Shown here: piece by piece, positions 20,080 to 29,742 of the stretch | How the letters are laid out: the number at the start of each line of letters is the position of its first letter | Numbering within the stretch: position 1 is the first letter of the stretch | DNA from: Terriglobia bacterium | Lineage (GTDB): Bacteria; Acidobacteriota; UBA6911 | Reading direction: 5' to 3' | Length of the DNA stretch: 64,000 nucleotides | Assembly: GCA_963824985.1 (NCBI GenBank) | Contig: CAWGRQ010000031.1 | Location: forward strand, 147,329 to 211,328 | Position numbers and translations under genes: made by a program | Notes under the pieces: generated by a model | Told to the model about the DNA's origin: nothing | The model's database searches: none | What the model saw: the letters and a program-made list of their open reading frames with translations, nothing else

Positions 20080-21855
20080 ATGCCTCCTGGAAAAGTGATC
20101 TGTCATTACTTAAGCCCACGGTTGGGCCGACTGGCGCTTGTTGGCTTTGTCCTGTGCGTCTGCGGAACAGGGAGTTTTGCGTTTCAGGCGGGCTCCGGCC
20201 CCAAAGAAATCAGCGCCAACATTCGAACGTACTGGCCAAGAAGCCGATTCACATTGAGAGCGGACTCCAATCTAGTAGAAGTGGGCGTGGTTGTCCGGAA
20301 CAATCGTGGCCGCGCGATCAGCGGTCTGGGCAAGGACGACTTCGAGATCGAAGACGCCGGCAGGAAGCAGGACATCACGCTGTTTTCCGTCGAAACATCC
20401 ACCCTAAAGCCCGAAACGGTGCACGAGACCGTAAAGACGGCTGTCAACACGGTGGTTGAGAGCCCGAGATATCAGCTCCGGTACGTGGCCCTGCTCTTGG
20501 ACGATTACAGCATGCCTTTTGCCCACCAGTTCTATGTAAAGGCGGCGGCCAGGCGTTTCGTCAGGGGGGGCTTGTCGCAGGGCGATCGCGTCGGACTGTT
20601 TACCACATCAGGAAAACAGATTGTGCCCTTTACCGACGACGGTGAGAAACTCGCAGCGGCTATCGACGGATACAACTCCTTCCCTCGCGCTCCCGACGGC
20701 GGCATCTGCCCCAAACTGACGGCTTATGACGCCTATGTAATCGCAAATAGAATCGACTTCGAGACCCTGGCCGTCAAGTCGGAGGAACGCGCAGTCTGCT
20801 CCAGGGGAAGATCGCCACTTGCCGGCGGTCGTCGTCCTGGGCAAGTCGGCCACTGGCCTCCTCCGGGGACAGATCCGGTGATGATGCAGGCCGAGGCTAT
20901 GTGGACACAGATTCGCGATACTTCTATGCGAGCGCTGGAAACGATGGGAAGGCTCGTGGACTACATGGCGCAGTTGCCGGGAAGGAGAATGGTGCTGCTG
21001 GCGTCCTCCGGTTTCCTGGTGGGAACGCTTGAACGGGAGCAACAGGATGTTATCAACCGCGCGCTCCGGGCCGAGGTAGTCATCAATGCGATCGACGCCA
21101 AAGGGCTCTACGCCGAGGATCCGCCCGAGAAGTCTATGGGCTTCAACTTAGGTTCTTTGATTCGCATGGTAAGTTTGGGGACCAGGGATAAGGACCTCAG
21201 CAACGATATCATGGCGACTCTGACGATGAGCACGGGTGGCCTGTTCTTTCGCAACAACAACGATTTCGATCTCGGCTTTCGTGAGCTGGGCATGGTTCCC
21301 GAAGTTTCGTATCTCCTGGGCTTCTCGCCCAAAGGCGATTTCAATGGAAAGTATCACCGCCTCAAAGTGCGCGTGAAATCGCGAAATTCGTATTTGATCC
21401 AGGCACGACCAGGCTACTGGGCGGTTCCTGCCGAAGCACAGGAATCGGGAGAACGGGCTGTCGACCGCGAGGTGATGGGATCTGATACGCGGAAGGAGCT
21501 GCCCGCGTCTTTCGCGGCGGCACATTCCAAGGCGGAAAATGGAGGCCCGGCTCTTGACGTCGTGATACATCTCGATGTCCGGGAGTTTCACTTCCTCGAA
21601 AAGGACGGCGCACGCACCCAGATGATACTTTTCATTGCGGCGTTATTTGACAGTAATGGGCAGTTTGTGGCCGGTAAGGAAGCCGAAATTCGATTTGCGC
21701 TGAAGGAGCCCACTTACAATGGCATGATCGAAACCGGGTTGGACCTGTCGCTTACCTTGCAGGCGCCTCCGGGTGCATATCGCCTGCGCAGTGTGGCTCA
21801 GGATGCCATCGAAGGCAAGATTGTATCCTCGACACAGGAAGTCGAGATACGGTAA
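20080..21855 (+). CDS. VWA domain-containing protein (VWFA-related acidobacterial domain type)
   Basis: Signal/TM segment LALVGFVLCVCGTGSFAFQ. Also VEVGVVVRNNRGRAISGLGKDDFEIEDAGRKQDITLFS, a VWA core, and C-terminal YHRLKVRVKSRNSYLIQARPGYWA. Confidence 0.8.
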   Translation: MPPGKVICHYLSPRLGRLALVGFVLCVCGTGSFAFQAGSGPKEISANIRTYWPRSRFTLRADSNLVEVGVVVRNNRGRAISGLGKDDFEIEDAGRKQDITLFSVETSTLKPETVHETVKTAVNTVVESPRYQLRYVALLLDDYSMPFAHQFYVKAAARRFVRGGLSQGDRVGLFTTSGKQIVPFTDDGEKLAAAIDGYNSFPRAPDGGICPKLTAYDAYVIANRIDFETLAVKSEERAVCSRGRSPLAGGRRPGQVGHWPPPGTDPVMMQAEAMWTQIRDTSMRALETMGRLVDYMAQLPGRRMVLLASSGFLVGTLEREQQDVINRALRAEVVINAIDAKGLYAEDPPEKSMGFNLGSLIRMVSLGTRDKDLSNDIMATLTMSTGGLFFRNNNDFDLGFRELGMVPEVSYLLGFSPKGDFNGKYHRLKVRVKSRNSYLIQARPGYWAVPAEAQESGERAVDREVMGSDTRKELPASFAAAHSKAENGGPALDVVIHLDVREFHFLEKDGARTQMILFIAALFDSNGQFVAGKEAEIRFALKEPTYNGMIETGLDLSLTLQAPPGAYRLRSVAQDAIEGKIVSSTQEVEIR

Positions 21856-22091
21856 ACGAACGCCACCTGGATCGAGATGTTGGGGCCAGCCGTGGTTTGA
21901 ATTGATCGAAATAGGGGACGTTCTCCGGTTTTGAACGCACCCGCGCCCTGAGCAATCGGAGAGCGTCCCCTATTTCCGCCTATTTCCCGATAAGCGAGGC
22001 GGGACGGCGGGAGCGCGCCGCCGCTCCAATTTCTTGTTGGGCGGCCTCCTCGCTCTCCAGTGAGGTGTTGAGCATGTCTCAAGATATTCTG

Positions 22092-22586
22092 TCAGCTTTG
22101 TCCGCGGCCGGTCATGTAGTACCTCAGCCACAGGACCTCCCGAATAAGCAAGGCTGCTGTTCCAAGGCCAAACAACCCAAATCCGGCCATCATCCCTCCG
22201 AAGGGAAACATCGCCAGGGTTCCGATAGTGCCTCCAACCAAAGACCACAGGAACGCCTCCTGAAATCCACTTTGGCGACGCTGGGTGAATCGCTCGACGA
22301 CTAGCATGCCGAGGCCGAAACCAAAGGCCGTCACGACCGGAGCGGTGAGCGTGACTGCGAATGAAGGTGGCACCGGCGGACGCGGCATGCGGACCAGGAC
22401 GGCGACAAGCCAGACTGCAAACACGATGATTCCGCCCAGCAGTGAGCCCAGCAGCCGAAAACACGAACTCAACATCGCCGACCCGCTGTGCCGCCACCAG
22501 TATGCCTTAGAATCGCCCATCCGGCGCTCAAATCCGGCCATATTAAGCCCGGCACACGGAGCCGATCCGTGTGCGTCCGCGTTCAT
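22092..22586 (-). CDS. Small integral membrane protein, function unknown
   Basis: Three to four hydrophobic helices (LLGSLLGGIIVFAVWLVAVLV, VVTAFGFGLGMLVV, LWSLVGGTIGTLAMFPFGGMMAGFGLFGLGTAALL). The true start is probably an internal ATG (22541, 22520 or 22475). Confidence 0.5.
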   Translation of the reverse strand: MNADAHGSAPCAGLNMAGFERRMGDSKAYWWRHSGSAMLSSCFRLLGSLLGGIIVFAVWLVAVLVRMPRPPVPPSFAVTLTAPVVTAFGFGLGMLVVERFTQRRQSGFQEAFLWSLVGGTIGTLAMFPFGGMMAGFGLFGLGTAALLIREVLWLRYYMTGRGQS

Positions 22587-22722
22587 CCGTGTTCCGAGAT
22601 GCCGCGCGATATTTTCTTAATAAATCAAGCAGGCCGAATGGTTTAGCTGCCGCTGTCCCGGTCACAAACCCTGGAAAAGCGAACGCTCCATAACCAAGCC
22701 CCATCCCGCGCGGCCGCCATCT

Positions 22723-25700
22723 CTATTTGCGGATGCCCCAGGTCGGCGGCGGAGGTTCTTTCGTCAACCGGTTGACCGGCTTCTCCTTGAGCAGACGCAT
22801 CGCCTCCTGCACCGCACGCTCGAGTTGCGGGTCGTGCCCCGCGATTACATCCTTGGGCCAGTTTTCCACATCGATATCGGGAGCCGCCCCTTCGTTCTCC
22901 ACCGCCCATTTGCCGTCGACGGTAAAGAAACCGCCGCGGGGAGCAATCATCGAACCGCCATCGATAAAGCCGGGGGTGTCGGCCGTGTGCACCAGACCTC
23001 CCCAGGTGCGTTTACCGACCAGCGGGCCGATCTTCCGGAATTTGAACATGAACGGCATCAGGTCGCCGCCTGAGCCGGCCATTTCGTTGATGATCATCAC
23101 CTTCGGCCCCCAGATGCCTGCCGATGGGCTCGTAAACGGGTAGCGGTCGCCCGCGACGTTGTTGAAATACCCGTCGAAGGTGCGTTGCAGCACGTCGATA
23201 ATGTAATCGGCCGCCGAACCGCCGCCGTTGAAGCGCTCATCGACGATTGCGCCCTTTTTATCCTGCTGTGAAAAGTAATACCGGTTGAAGCTCGTATATC
23301 CAGGCTGCCCGGTATTGGGTACATAGACATACGCAAGCTGGCCGCCCGACAGTTTTTCGACCGTGCGGCGGTTCTGCTCCACCCAGGCCCGCGTCCGCAG
23401 CCCCTGCTCGTTGGCTGTCGGAACGACCGTGATCCTCCGCGCACCGTCCATGGCCGGCCGGTTGTTAACCGTCAGCACGGTCTGCCGGTTCGCCGTCCCG
23501 TCGAGCAGGCGATAGATGTTGTCCGGCGCCTGCAGCTCGATCCCGTTGATGGCGAGTATGAAATCACCCACTGCGACATCCACCCCCGGCGCGGCCAGCG
23601 GCGCGCGCAATTCCGGGTTCCAGCTTTCGTTGGCGTAAATCCTCGCAATCTTGTAACGCCCGCCTTCGACCACGAAATCGGCCCCGAGCAGTCCTCCCGG
23701 CGACTGCGGCACCTCCGGCATGTCGCCGCCGCGCACATACGAGTGCCCGATGGCTATTTCCGCGCCCATGTTGTCGAGCAGGTAATTGAGATCGGCACGA
23801 TGCATCACGTAGGGCAGCAGCTGCCCGTACATCTGCTTCATCTTCGGCCAATCGGTGCCGTGCAGGTTCGGCACATAGAGGTAATCCCGCTGGTTGCGCC
23901 AGCCTTCGTTGAAAATCTGCTTGAATTCCTCCTTGGGATCGAGGTGCATGCGCAGCGTCGCGGTGACTCTCCCCTGGCCGGCCTGCGGAGGAGTGCGGTC
24001 GGCGTCCACGATGAATAGGCTTGGCCCGGTGGCGGCGCCGGCGGCGGCACCGCGGGCTCCGCCGCCGCCACCACCCGCCCGGTAGAGCAGTTTGCGGCCG
24101 TCGGCGCTTACATCATAGTCGGATGCACCGGCGACGAAGGTCGCTGCCCGGCGGTCACTCAAACGAAATCGCTGCAGCGTGTTGCCGGCGCCGCCGCCCC
24201 GGCCGCCGCCGCCGGCGCCCGGGTCGAGATAAAAAACCGTCCCGGCAACTCCTGCGCGCAGCTCGGAATAGGGGCGTTCTGGAATCCCGGGGATGGTGAT
24301 GATGCGTTGCTCCATTCCATCAAAGTCGATCTGCACGGTTACGGGCGCACCGCCTCCACGGCCCGCCTGCGCCGGCTGATCGCCCGCCTCGGCACCGCCG
24401 CCACGCCCGCCGCGGCCACCGGCTCCGCCTCCGGGAACCGCCGCAATTCCGGTTTCTTCATCGCTTTCCGGCAGCAGCGGGCTTGGCTCCCCCTTTTTCA
24501 GAATCGCCAGATAGAGCCCAAAATTCTCGACGTGATCATAGGAAGTCATGTCGAGCCACTGGGAGGACAGGCCGAAGTTCGTCGACGCCAGGAACCAGAC
24601 ATACTTGCCGCTCGCATCCCATGCGGGCCAAACGGCATCGGCAAGCCCGTCGGTGACCTGTTTCGTCTCACCGGTCTCGACGTTGCTCACGAAGATTGCG
24701 TGATAGAGGGACTGCAGGCGGCTCGCATAGGCAACCCACTTCGAATCCGGACTCCAGACGGGATTGAGAGTGCGCTGCGGAACCATCCAGGGATCATTCC
24801 CCACTATCTTGGTTTGGCCGCTGGCCACATCAAGCACCCACACCTTCAGATTCGTATCGGTGTAGACGATCTTCCGGGAATCGGGGGACCACACCGGAGT
24901 GTAGTAATGGGTCGGGTTCGGCAGCGAGATCTCGCGGGGCGGCGTGAGCCCGTCCGGCGATTCGATCATCATCTTGTATTCCCCCGACTTATCGCTGAAA
25001 TACGAAATATATTTGCCGTCGGGAGACCAGGCAGGGTCGCGCTCGGCCGAACCGCTCGACGCGCTGAGATTCCGGACATCCCCCTTCTCGAAGGGTATGG
25101 TAAAGATCTCGCCGCGCGCCTCCGCCACAATTCGCTTGCCCGTCGGCGAGACCGCCATGTTCGACAATCGGCTGGAAACATCTTCCCACTTCGGCATCAT
25201 CCACGGGAAATCGCCGGTCGCGGTGATGTTCACGACATGTTCCCGTGCCGATTTCGGGTCCAGTTCATGAATGTAGCCCGCCTGCTCGAACACCACCATC
25301 CCGGCGCCGGAGTCGATCGCCTTGACATCAAAATCGGTGAACTTCGTAATCTGCGTCAATTTCTTCGCCTTGGTGTCATAGGCCCACACATTGGCGACAC
25401 CATCGCGATCGGACAGGAAATAGACCGTCTCGCCCACCCAGACAGGATCGACGTCCTTCGAGTCGGTCCAGGGCGGAGATACAAGGTCGAAGCTCTTGAG
25501 GTCGACAATCCAGATCGGGCGGTTCTGCCCGCCCCGGTAGTTGCGGCGCTCTTCGTCCCACGAGTTGTTCATCCGATAGGCAATCCGCGTGCCGTCCGGA
25601 GAGATCTTGCCCTGATAACCGCGCGGGAGCGCCATCGGCTCTTCGACGCCCCCTTCAACCGGGACCATCCAGAACCGGGACGCGCCGCTCGGCGCCCACG

Positions 25701-26112
25701 TGGCCCGCGAAGAGGAGAAAAGAACCGACTTGCCGTCGGGTGTCCATCCCTGCGCCACATCCCCCCCGGGATGCCAGGTCAGGCGCCGTGGCTCCCCGCC
25801 CTGCGCCGGCACGACGTAGACGTCGAGGTTGCCGGCATAATCGGCACTGAAGGCGAGCAATTTGCCGTCCGGGGAAAAATGCGGGTTTGATGTCTGCCCC
25901 TGAAAACTGGTGAGCCGGCGCGCCATGCCCCCGGCTCGCTCCACGACCCAGATGTTGTTCGCGTATGCGAACGCGATCTGCGTGGCGCTCACCGTCGGCA
26001 TGCGCAACAGGCGGGTCGGCCCCTCGACAGGAGTGGCGGCCAAGGCTACCAGCGCCGGAATCAAAAACAACGGAAGACGACGAAGGCAGGTGACAAATGT
26101 GATCTGTGACAT
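22723..26112 (-). CDS. Tricorn-like S41 peptidase (TolB-type beta-propellers + PDZ + S41 domain), paralog 1
   Basis: GGAGGG RBS precedes the ATG at 26112. Signal peptide present. Repeated SPDGK/SPDSK propeller motifs. C-terminal FNGGGSAADYIIDVL and AGSGGDLMPFMF blocks. Three Gly/Arg-rich inserts. Confidence 0.85.
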   Translation of the reverse strand: MSQITFVTCLRRLPLFLIPALVALAATPVEGPTRLLRMPTVSATQIAFAYANNIWVVERAGGMARRLTSFQGQTSNPHFSPDGKLLAFSADYAGNLDVYVVPAQGGEPRRLTWHPGGDVAQGWTPDGKSVLFSSSRATWAPSGASRFWMVPVEGGVEEPMALPRGYQGKISPDGTRIAYRMNNSWDEERRNYRGGQNRPIWIVDLKSFDLVSPPWTDSKDVDPVWVGETVYFLSDRDGVANVWAYDTKAKKLTQITKFTDFDVKAIDSGAGMVVFEQAGYIHELDPKSAREHVVNITATGDFPWMMPKWEDVSSRLSNMAVSPTGKRIVAEARGEIFTIPFEKGDVRNLSASSGSAERDPAWSPDGKYISYFSDKSGEYKMMIESPDGLTPPREISLPNPTHYYTPVWSPDSRKIVYTDTNLKVWVLDVASGQTKIVGNDPWMVPQRTLNPVWSPDSKWVAYASRLQSLYHAIFVSNVETGETKQVTDGLADAVWPAWDASGKYVWFLASTNFGLSSQWLDMTSYDHVENFGLYLAILKKGEPSPLLPESDEETGIAAVPGGGAGGRGGRGGGAEAGDQPAQAGRGGGAPVTVQIDFDGMEQRIITIPGIPERPYSELRAGVAGTVFYLDPGAGGGGRGGGAGNTLQRFRLSDRRAATFVAGASDYDVSADGRKLLYRAGGGGGGARGAAAGAATGPSLFIVDADRTPPQAGQGRVTATLRMHLDPKEEFKQIFNEGWRNQRDYLYVPNLHGTDWPKMKQMYGQLLPYVMHRADLNYLLDNMGAEIAIGHSYVRGGDMPEVPQSPGGLLGADFVVEGGRYKIARIYANESWNPELRAPLAAPGVDVAVGDFILAINGIELQAPDNIYRLLDGTANRQTVLTVNNRPAMDGARRITVVPTANEQGLRTRAWVEQNRRTVEKLSGGQLAYVYVPNTGQPGYTSFNRYYFSQQDKKGAIVDERFNGGGSAADYIIDVLQRTFDGYFNNVAGDRYPFTSPSAGIWGPKVMIINEMAGSGGDLMPFMFKFRKIGPLVGKRTWGGLVHTADTPGFIDGGSMIAPRGGFFTVDGKWAVENEGAAPDIDVENWPKDVIAGHDPQLERAVQEAMRLLKEKPVNRLTKEPPPPTWGIRK

Positions 26113-26155
26113 CTGGATACCCTCCGGTTGATTTACGGGCATTTGTATCACGAAT

Positions 26156-26381
26156 TTCGGGGACAGGCTACGCTTTCGCTAATCGGTTTCTGTCGCGAAA
26201 CTCGCAAAACACCAGGGCGACCGGCAGGTCGCACGCATATCGACCAACCAGATATCAAGCAAAAATGTGCGAATCTTCGGGCGACCTGCCGGTCGCCCCT
26301 ACCTTCCTCACATTGGCAAATGAAGTGTTGCGTGAAAATGATGTCATTGGATAAATAGCGAAAGCGTAGCCTGTCCCCGAA
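26156..26381. repeat. 226-bp nested palindromic element in the divergent intergenic region
   Basis: Perfect 26-bp terminal inverted repeat TTCGGGGACAGGCTACGCTTTCGCTA (26156-26181 / 26356-26381). Inner inverted pair GGGCGACCGGCAGGTCGC (26215-26232) / GGGCGACCTGCCGGTCGCCC (26279-26298). It also carries GGTTTCTGTCGCGAAAC, which is shared with the elements at 53.3 kb and 58.4 kb. Confidence 0.8.
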
Positions 26382-26426
26382 TTACTAAAGCGCAGACTTT
26401 CCACGCATTGCATCAATTGAATCGGC

Positions 26427-26456
26427 TTGACGGCAAAGAGCATGGATACATAGAAT
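26427..26456 (+). promoter_or_regulatory. Candidate sigma70-type promoter for tricorn paralog 2
   Basis: TTGACG-N18-TAGAAT, about 60 bp upstream of the ATG at 26519. Consensus resemblance only. Confidence 0.3.
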
Positions 26457-26518
26457 CCATCCGTGTTCGTCGATCGTCCGTCAAGGTCCAAACCCTGTAA
26501 CCTTCAGAGTGCCCGCAT

Positions 26519-29500
26519 ATGAAAAAATCCGTAGTCGCATTTTTCTGGCTTTTTGTCGCTTGCGTGGGTGTCCTGGCTCAGGACAGCCCGAGCTGGTTGC
26601 GTTACCCCGCCATCTCTCCCGATGGCAAGACCATTGTCTTCACTTACAAGGGAGATCTCTATCGTGTGCCCGCCGGCGGCGGCAACGCAACACAGCTGAC
26701 TACCCATGAGGCCGAGGATTTCATGCCGGTGTGGAGTCACGACGGGAAACGAATCGCCTTCGCCAGCGACCGTTACGGCAATTTCGACATCTACGTCATG
26801 CCCGCCGATGGCGGCGAGGCCAGGCGCGTGACCTTTCATTCCGCTCATGAATACCCGTACTCATTCACCAATGACGATCAGTCGATCCTATTCGGTTCCG
26901 CGCGCATGGATGCAGCAGGCAACCGGACATTTCCGACCGGCTCCCAGCCGGAACTGTACAAGGTTCCCGCGGCCGGCGGCCGCGTGGAACAGGTTCTCAC
27001 CACCCCTGCCGAAGATGTAAAGCTGAGCAGAAACGAACAATATCTCCTCTACCAGGACAAGAAGGGTGGAGAGAATGCCTGGCGCAAGCACCACACTTCC
27101 GCAATTGCGCGGGACATCTGGATTTATGACAGCAAGACCGCCACCCACCGCAAGATCACGACCTTTGCCGGCGAGGACCGGAACCCGATCTTTACGGACA
27201 ACGACAAGGCATTCTATTATCTGAGCGAAGAGAGCGGCTCCTTCAATGTCCACAAAATGAGCCTGGCTGGAGGCAAATCGCAGCAGATCACCTCATTCAC
27301 AAAGATGCCGGTGCGGTTCCTGAGCCTTTCCGGCAACAACACTCTGTGCTTCGGGTTCGACGGAGATCTCTACACCCTGCAGGGGAACGGCAAACCGCAA
27401 AAAGTCCAGGTATCCATTACGGCGGACGCCAAAAGCAACAACGAGAAGATCCTCCCGGTAACCAGCGGCGCCCGCGAAATGGCCGTTTCGCCGAACGGGA
27501 AGGAAGTGGCCTTCATCTTTCGCGGCGAGGTGTTCGTCACCAGCGTGGAGGGAGGGGTTACGAAACGGATTACTAACACGCCGGAGCAGGAACGCGGGGT
27601 GAGCTTCTCGCCGGATGGCAAGGCCCTGATCTACGCCTCCGAAAGGGGTAACAGCTGGAAGATCTATGAAATCCGCAAGACCCGCGATGAGGAGCCCTAT
27701 TTTTACGCCTCGACGGTCCTGAAGGAAGCGCCGCTCATCGATAACGAAAAGGAGAATTACCAGCCGGTTTATTCCCCTGACGGGAAAGAGGTGGCTTTCA
27801 TCGAAAACCGCATGACCCTGAAGATTCTCAACCTCGAATCCAAACAGACCCGCACCCTGCTTACGGACCGGGAGTTGTTTTCGTCACGCGATACGGACCA
27901 GTACTTCCAGTGGAGCCCCGACAGCAAGTGGATTCTGTTCGATTATTCCATGCCCGGCATCGCCCCCGGCGAGGTGGGATTGATCCAGGCGGACGGCAAG
28001 GGGAAAGTGGTCAACTTGACCGAAAGCGGCTTCAGCGACCGGAGCCCCAAGTGGATCCTGGGTGGCAAGGCGATGCTGTGGGCCAGCAATCGCGATGGTT
28101 TGAAGTCGGTCGCCCAGGCCGGAGGCGCCCAGAACGACGTCTATGCGCTGTTTTTCAACCAGGAGGCCTGGGACCGTTTCCGGCTCAGCAAAGAAGAAGC
28201 CGCTTTGGTTAAGGAGATGGAGGACAAGAAGAACAAGCCCGAGGCGGCCAAGGAAAAAAAGGAAATCCCGCCGGAACCCGTGGCGATCGACTGGGAGGGG
28301 CTGAGCCTGCGCAAGGCGAGACTCACAATTCACTCTTCTTCCCTCGGCGACGCCCTGGTGAGCAAGGATGGGGAAACCCTCTTCTACCTGGCGCGCTTTG
28401 AAAGAGGGATGAATCTCTGGACCACTAATCTTCGCACCAGGGAAACAAAAATGCTCGTAACGCTGAACGCCAACAGCGCCAGCATGGATTGGGACAAGGA
28501 CCAGAAAACGATCTTCCTGCTGGCGGATGGCGGGATTTCCAAGATCGATTCCACCAGCGGCAAGCGGGATAACGTGAGCTTTAGCGGCGAAATGGTGCTC
28601 AAGGCAGACGCCGAACGCCAGTTGATGTTCGAGCACGTGTGGCGCCGGACGAAAGAGACTTTCTACACAGCCGGCTATCACGGTATCGATTGGGACAGCT
28701 ACAAGCCCGAGTATCAGAAATACCTGCCGCACATCGGCAACAATTTCGAGTTCGCGGAAATGCTCAGCGAACTCCTGGGCGAGCTGAATGTCAGTCACAG
28801 CGGCGCGAGCGTTTCGGGATCCATCCCGAGCGCGGACGCAACCGCCTCGCTCGGCGTCTTCCTCGACCTGGCCTACAAAGGAGTGGGGGTGAAGATCGAA
28901 GAGGTGATCAAAGGCGGCCCGCTCGACAAGGCGGGCATGGACGTAAAGCCGGGGATGATCATCGAATCGATCGACGGCGAGACCATCGCCGCCGATCGGG
29001 ACCTGTCCGAATATCTGAACCGCAAGGCGGGCAAACGGATGTTGCTCGTGATCGCTGAGGGCGACAAAAAAACCGAGCTCACGATCAAGCCCGTCGCCCT
29101 TAATGAGGAAAATGCCCTCCTGTACAAGCGCTGGGTGCTCCGGAACCAGGAAGAGGTGGACCGGGCCAGCAACGGCCAGCTGGGCTATATCCATGTTCCC
29201 GGCATGAACGACGGTTCGTATCGCACTACTTACGAAGAGGTCATGGGGAAGTACGCCAATCGCAAGGGTATCGTGGTCGACACCCGCTTCAATGGCGGTG
29301 GCGACCTGGTCGCCGACCTGGCGATGTTCTTGAGCGGGAAGAAGTTCTTCGACTATACAACCGACACCAGAAGCAACGGGTACGAACCCAACTTCCGATG
29401 GACCAAACCAAGCATCTCACTGGCCAACGAAGCCAACTACAGCGACGGCCACTGCTACGCCTTCACCTACCAGAATTTGAACCTGGGCAAGCTTGTGGGC

Positions 29501-29728
29501 ATGCCGGTGCCCGGCACATGTACTTTTGCCGGCTGGGAATCCCTGCAGGACACCGGCATGCGCTGGGGGGTGCCGCCCGTCGGGGTGAAAATCACCAACG
29601 GGACCTACCTTGAAAACCACCAGACCGAGCCGGACATCAAGGTCATGAATGAGTATGAGGTCGTAAGCAAGGGGAGGGACCAGCAGTTGGAGGCCGCGGT
29701 CGCCGCTTTGCTGAAAGAGATAAAATAA
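26519..29728 (+). CDS. Tricorn-like S41 peptidase, paralog 2
   Basis: Signal peptide MKKSVVAFFWLFVACVGVLAQ. Same propeller/PDZ/S41 layout (SPDGK repeats, FNGGGDLVADLAMFL). Lacks the Gly/Arg inserts and looks lower in GC than paralog 1. Confidence 0.85.
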   Translation: MKKSVVAFFWLFVACVGVLAQDSPSWLRYPAISPDGKTIVFTYKGDLYRVPAGGGNATQLTTHEAEDFMPVWSHDGKRIAFASDRYGNFDIYVMPADGGEARRVTFHSAHEYPYSFTNDDQSILFGSARMDAAGNRTFPTGSQPELYKVPAAGGRVEQVLTTPAEDVKLSRNEQYLLYQDKKGGENAWRKHHTSAIARDIWIYDSKTATHRKITTFAGEDRNPIFTDNDKAFYYLSEESGSFNVHKMSLAGGKSQQITSFTKMPVRFLSLSGNNTLCFGFDGDLYTLQGNGKPQKVQVSITADAKSNNEKILPVTSGAREMAVSPNGKEVAFIFRGEVFVTSVEGGVTKRITNTPEQERGVSFSPDGKALIYASERGNSWKIYEIRKTRDEEPYFYASTVLKEAPLIDNEKENYQPVYSPDGKEVAFIENRMTLKILNLESKQTRTLLTDRELFSSRDTDQYFQWSPDSKWILFDYSMPGIAPGEVGLIQADGKGKVVNLTESGFSDRSPKWILGGKAMLWASNRDGLKSVAQAGGAQNDVYALFFNQEAWDRFRLSKEEAALVKEMEDKKNKPEAAKEKKEIPPEPVAIDWEGLSLRKARLTIHSSSLGDALVSKDGETLFYLARFERGMNLWTTNLRTRETKMLVTLNANSASMDWDKDQKTIFLLADGGISKIDSTSGKRDNVSFSGEMVLKADAERQLMFEHVWRRTKETFYTAGYHGIDWDSYKPEYQKYLPHIGNNFEFAEMLSELLGELNVSHSGASVSGSIPSADATASLGVFLDLAYKGVGVKIEEVIKGGPLDKAGMDVKPGMIIESIDGETIAADRDLSEYLNRKAGKRMLLVIAEGDKKTELTIKPVALNEENALLYKRWVLRNQEEVDRASNGQLGYIHVPGMNDGSYRTTYEEVMGKYANRKGIVVDTRFNGGGDLVADLAMFLSGKKFFDYTTDTRSNGYEPNFRWTKPSISLANEANYSDGHCYAFTYQNLNLGKLVGMPVPGTCTFAGWESLQDTGMRWGVPPVGVKITNGTYLENHQTEPDIKVMNEYEVVSKGRDQQLEAAVAALLKEIK

Positions 29729-29742
29729 GGGGAGAGCCGGTA

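Noticed and set aside
21970-22497. A 175-aa minus ORF overlapping the small membrane-protein gene.
   Set aside because: Its translation is Arg/Pro-rich and featureless. The alternative frame (22092-22586) gives clean transmembrane helices.
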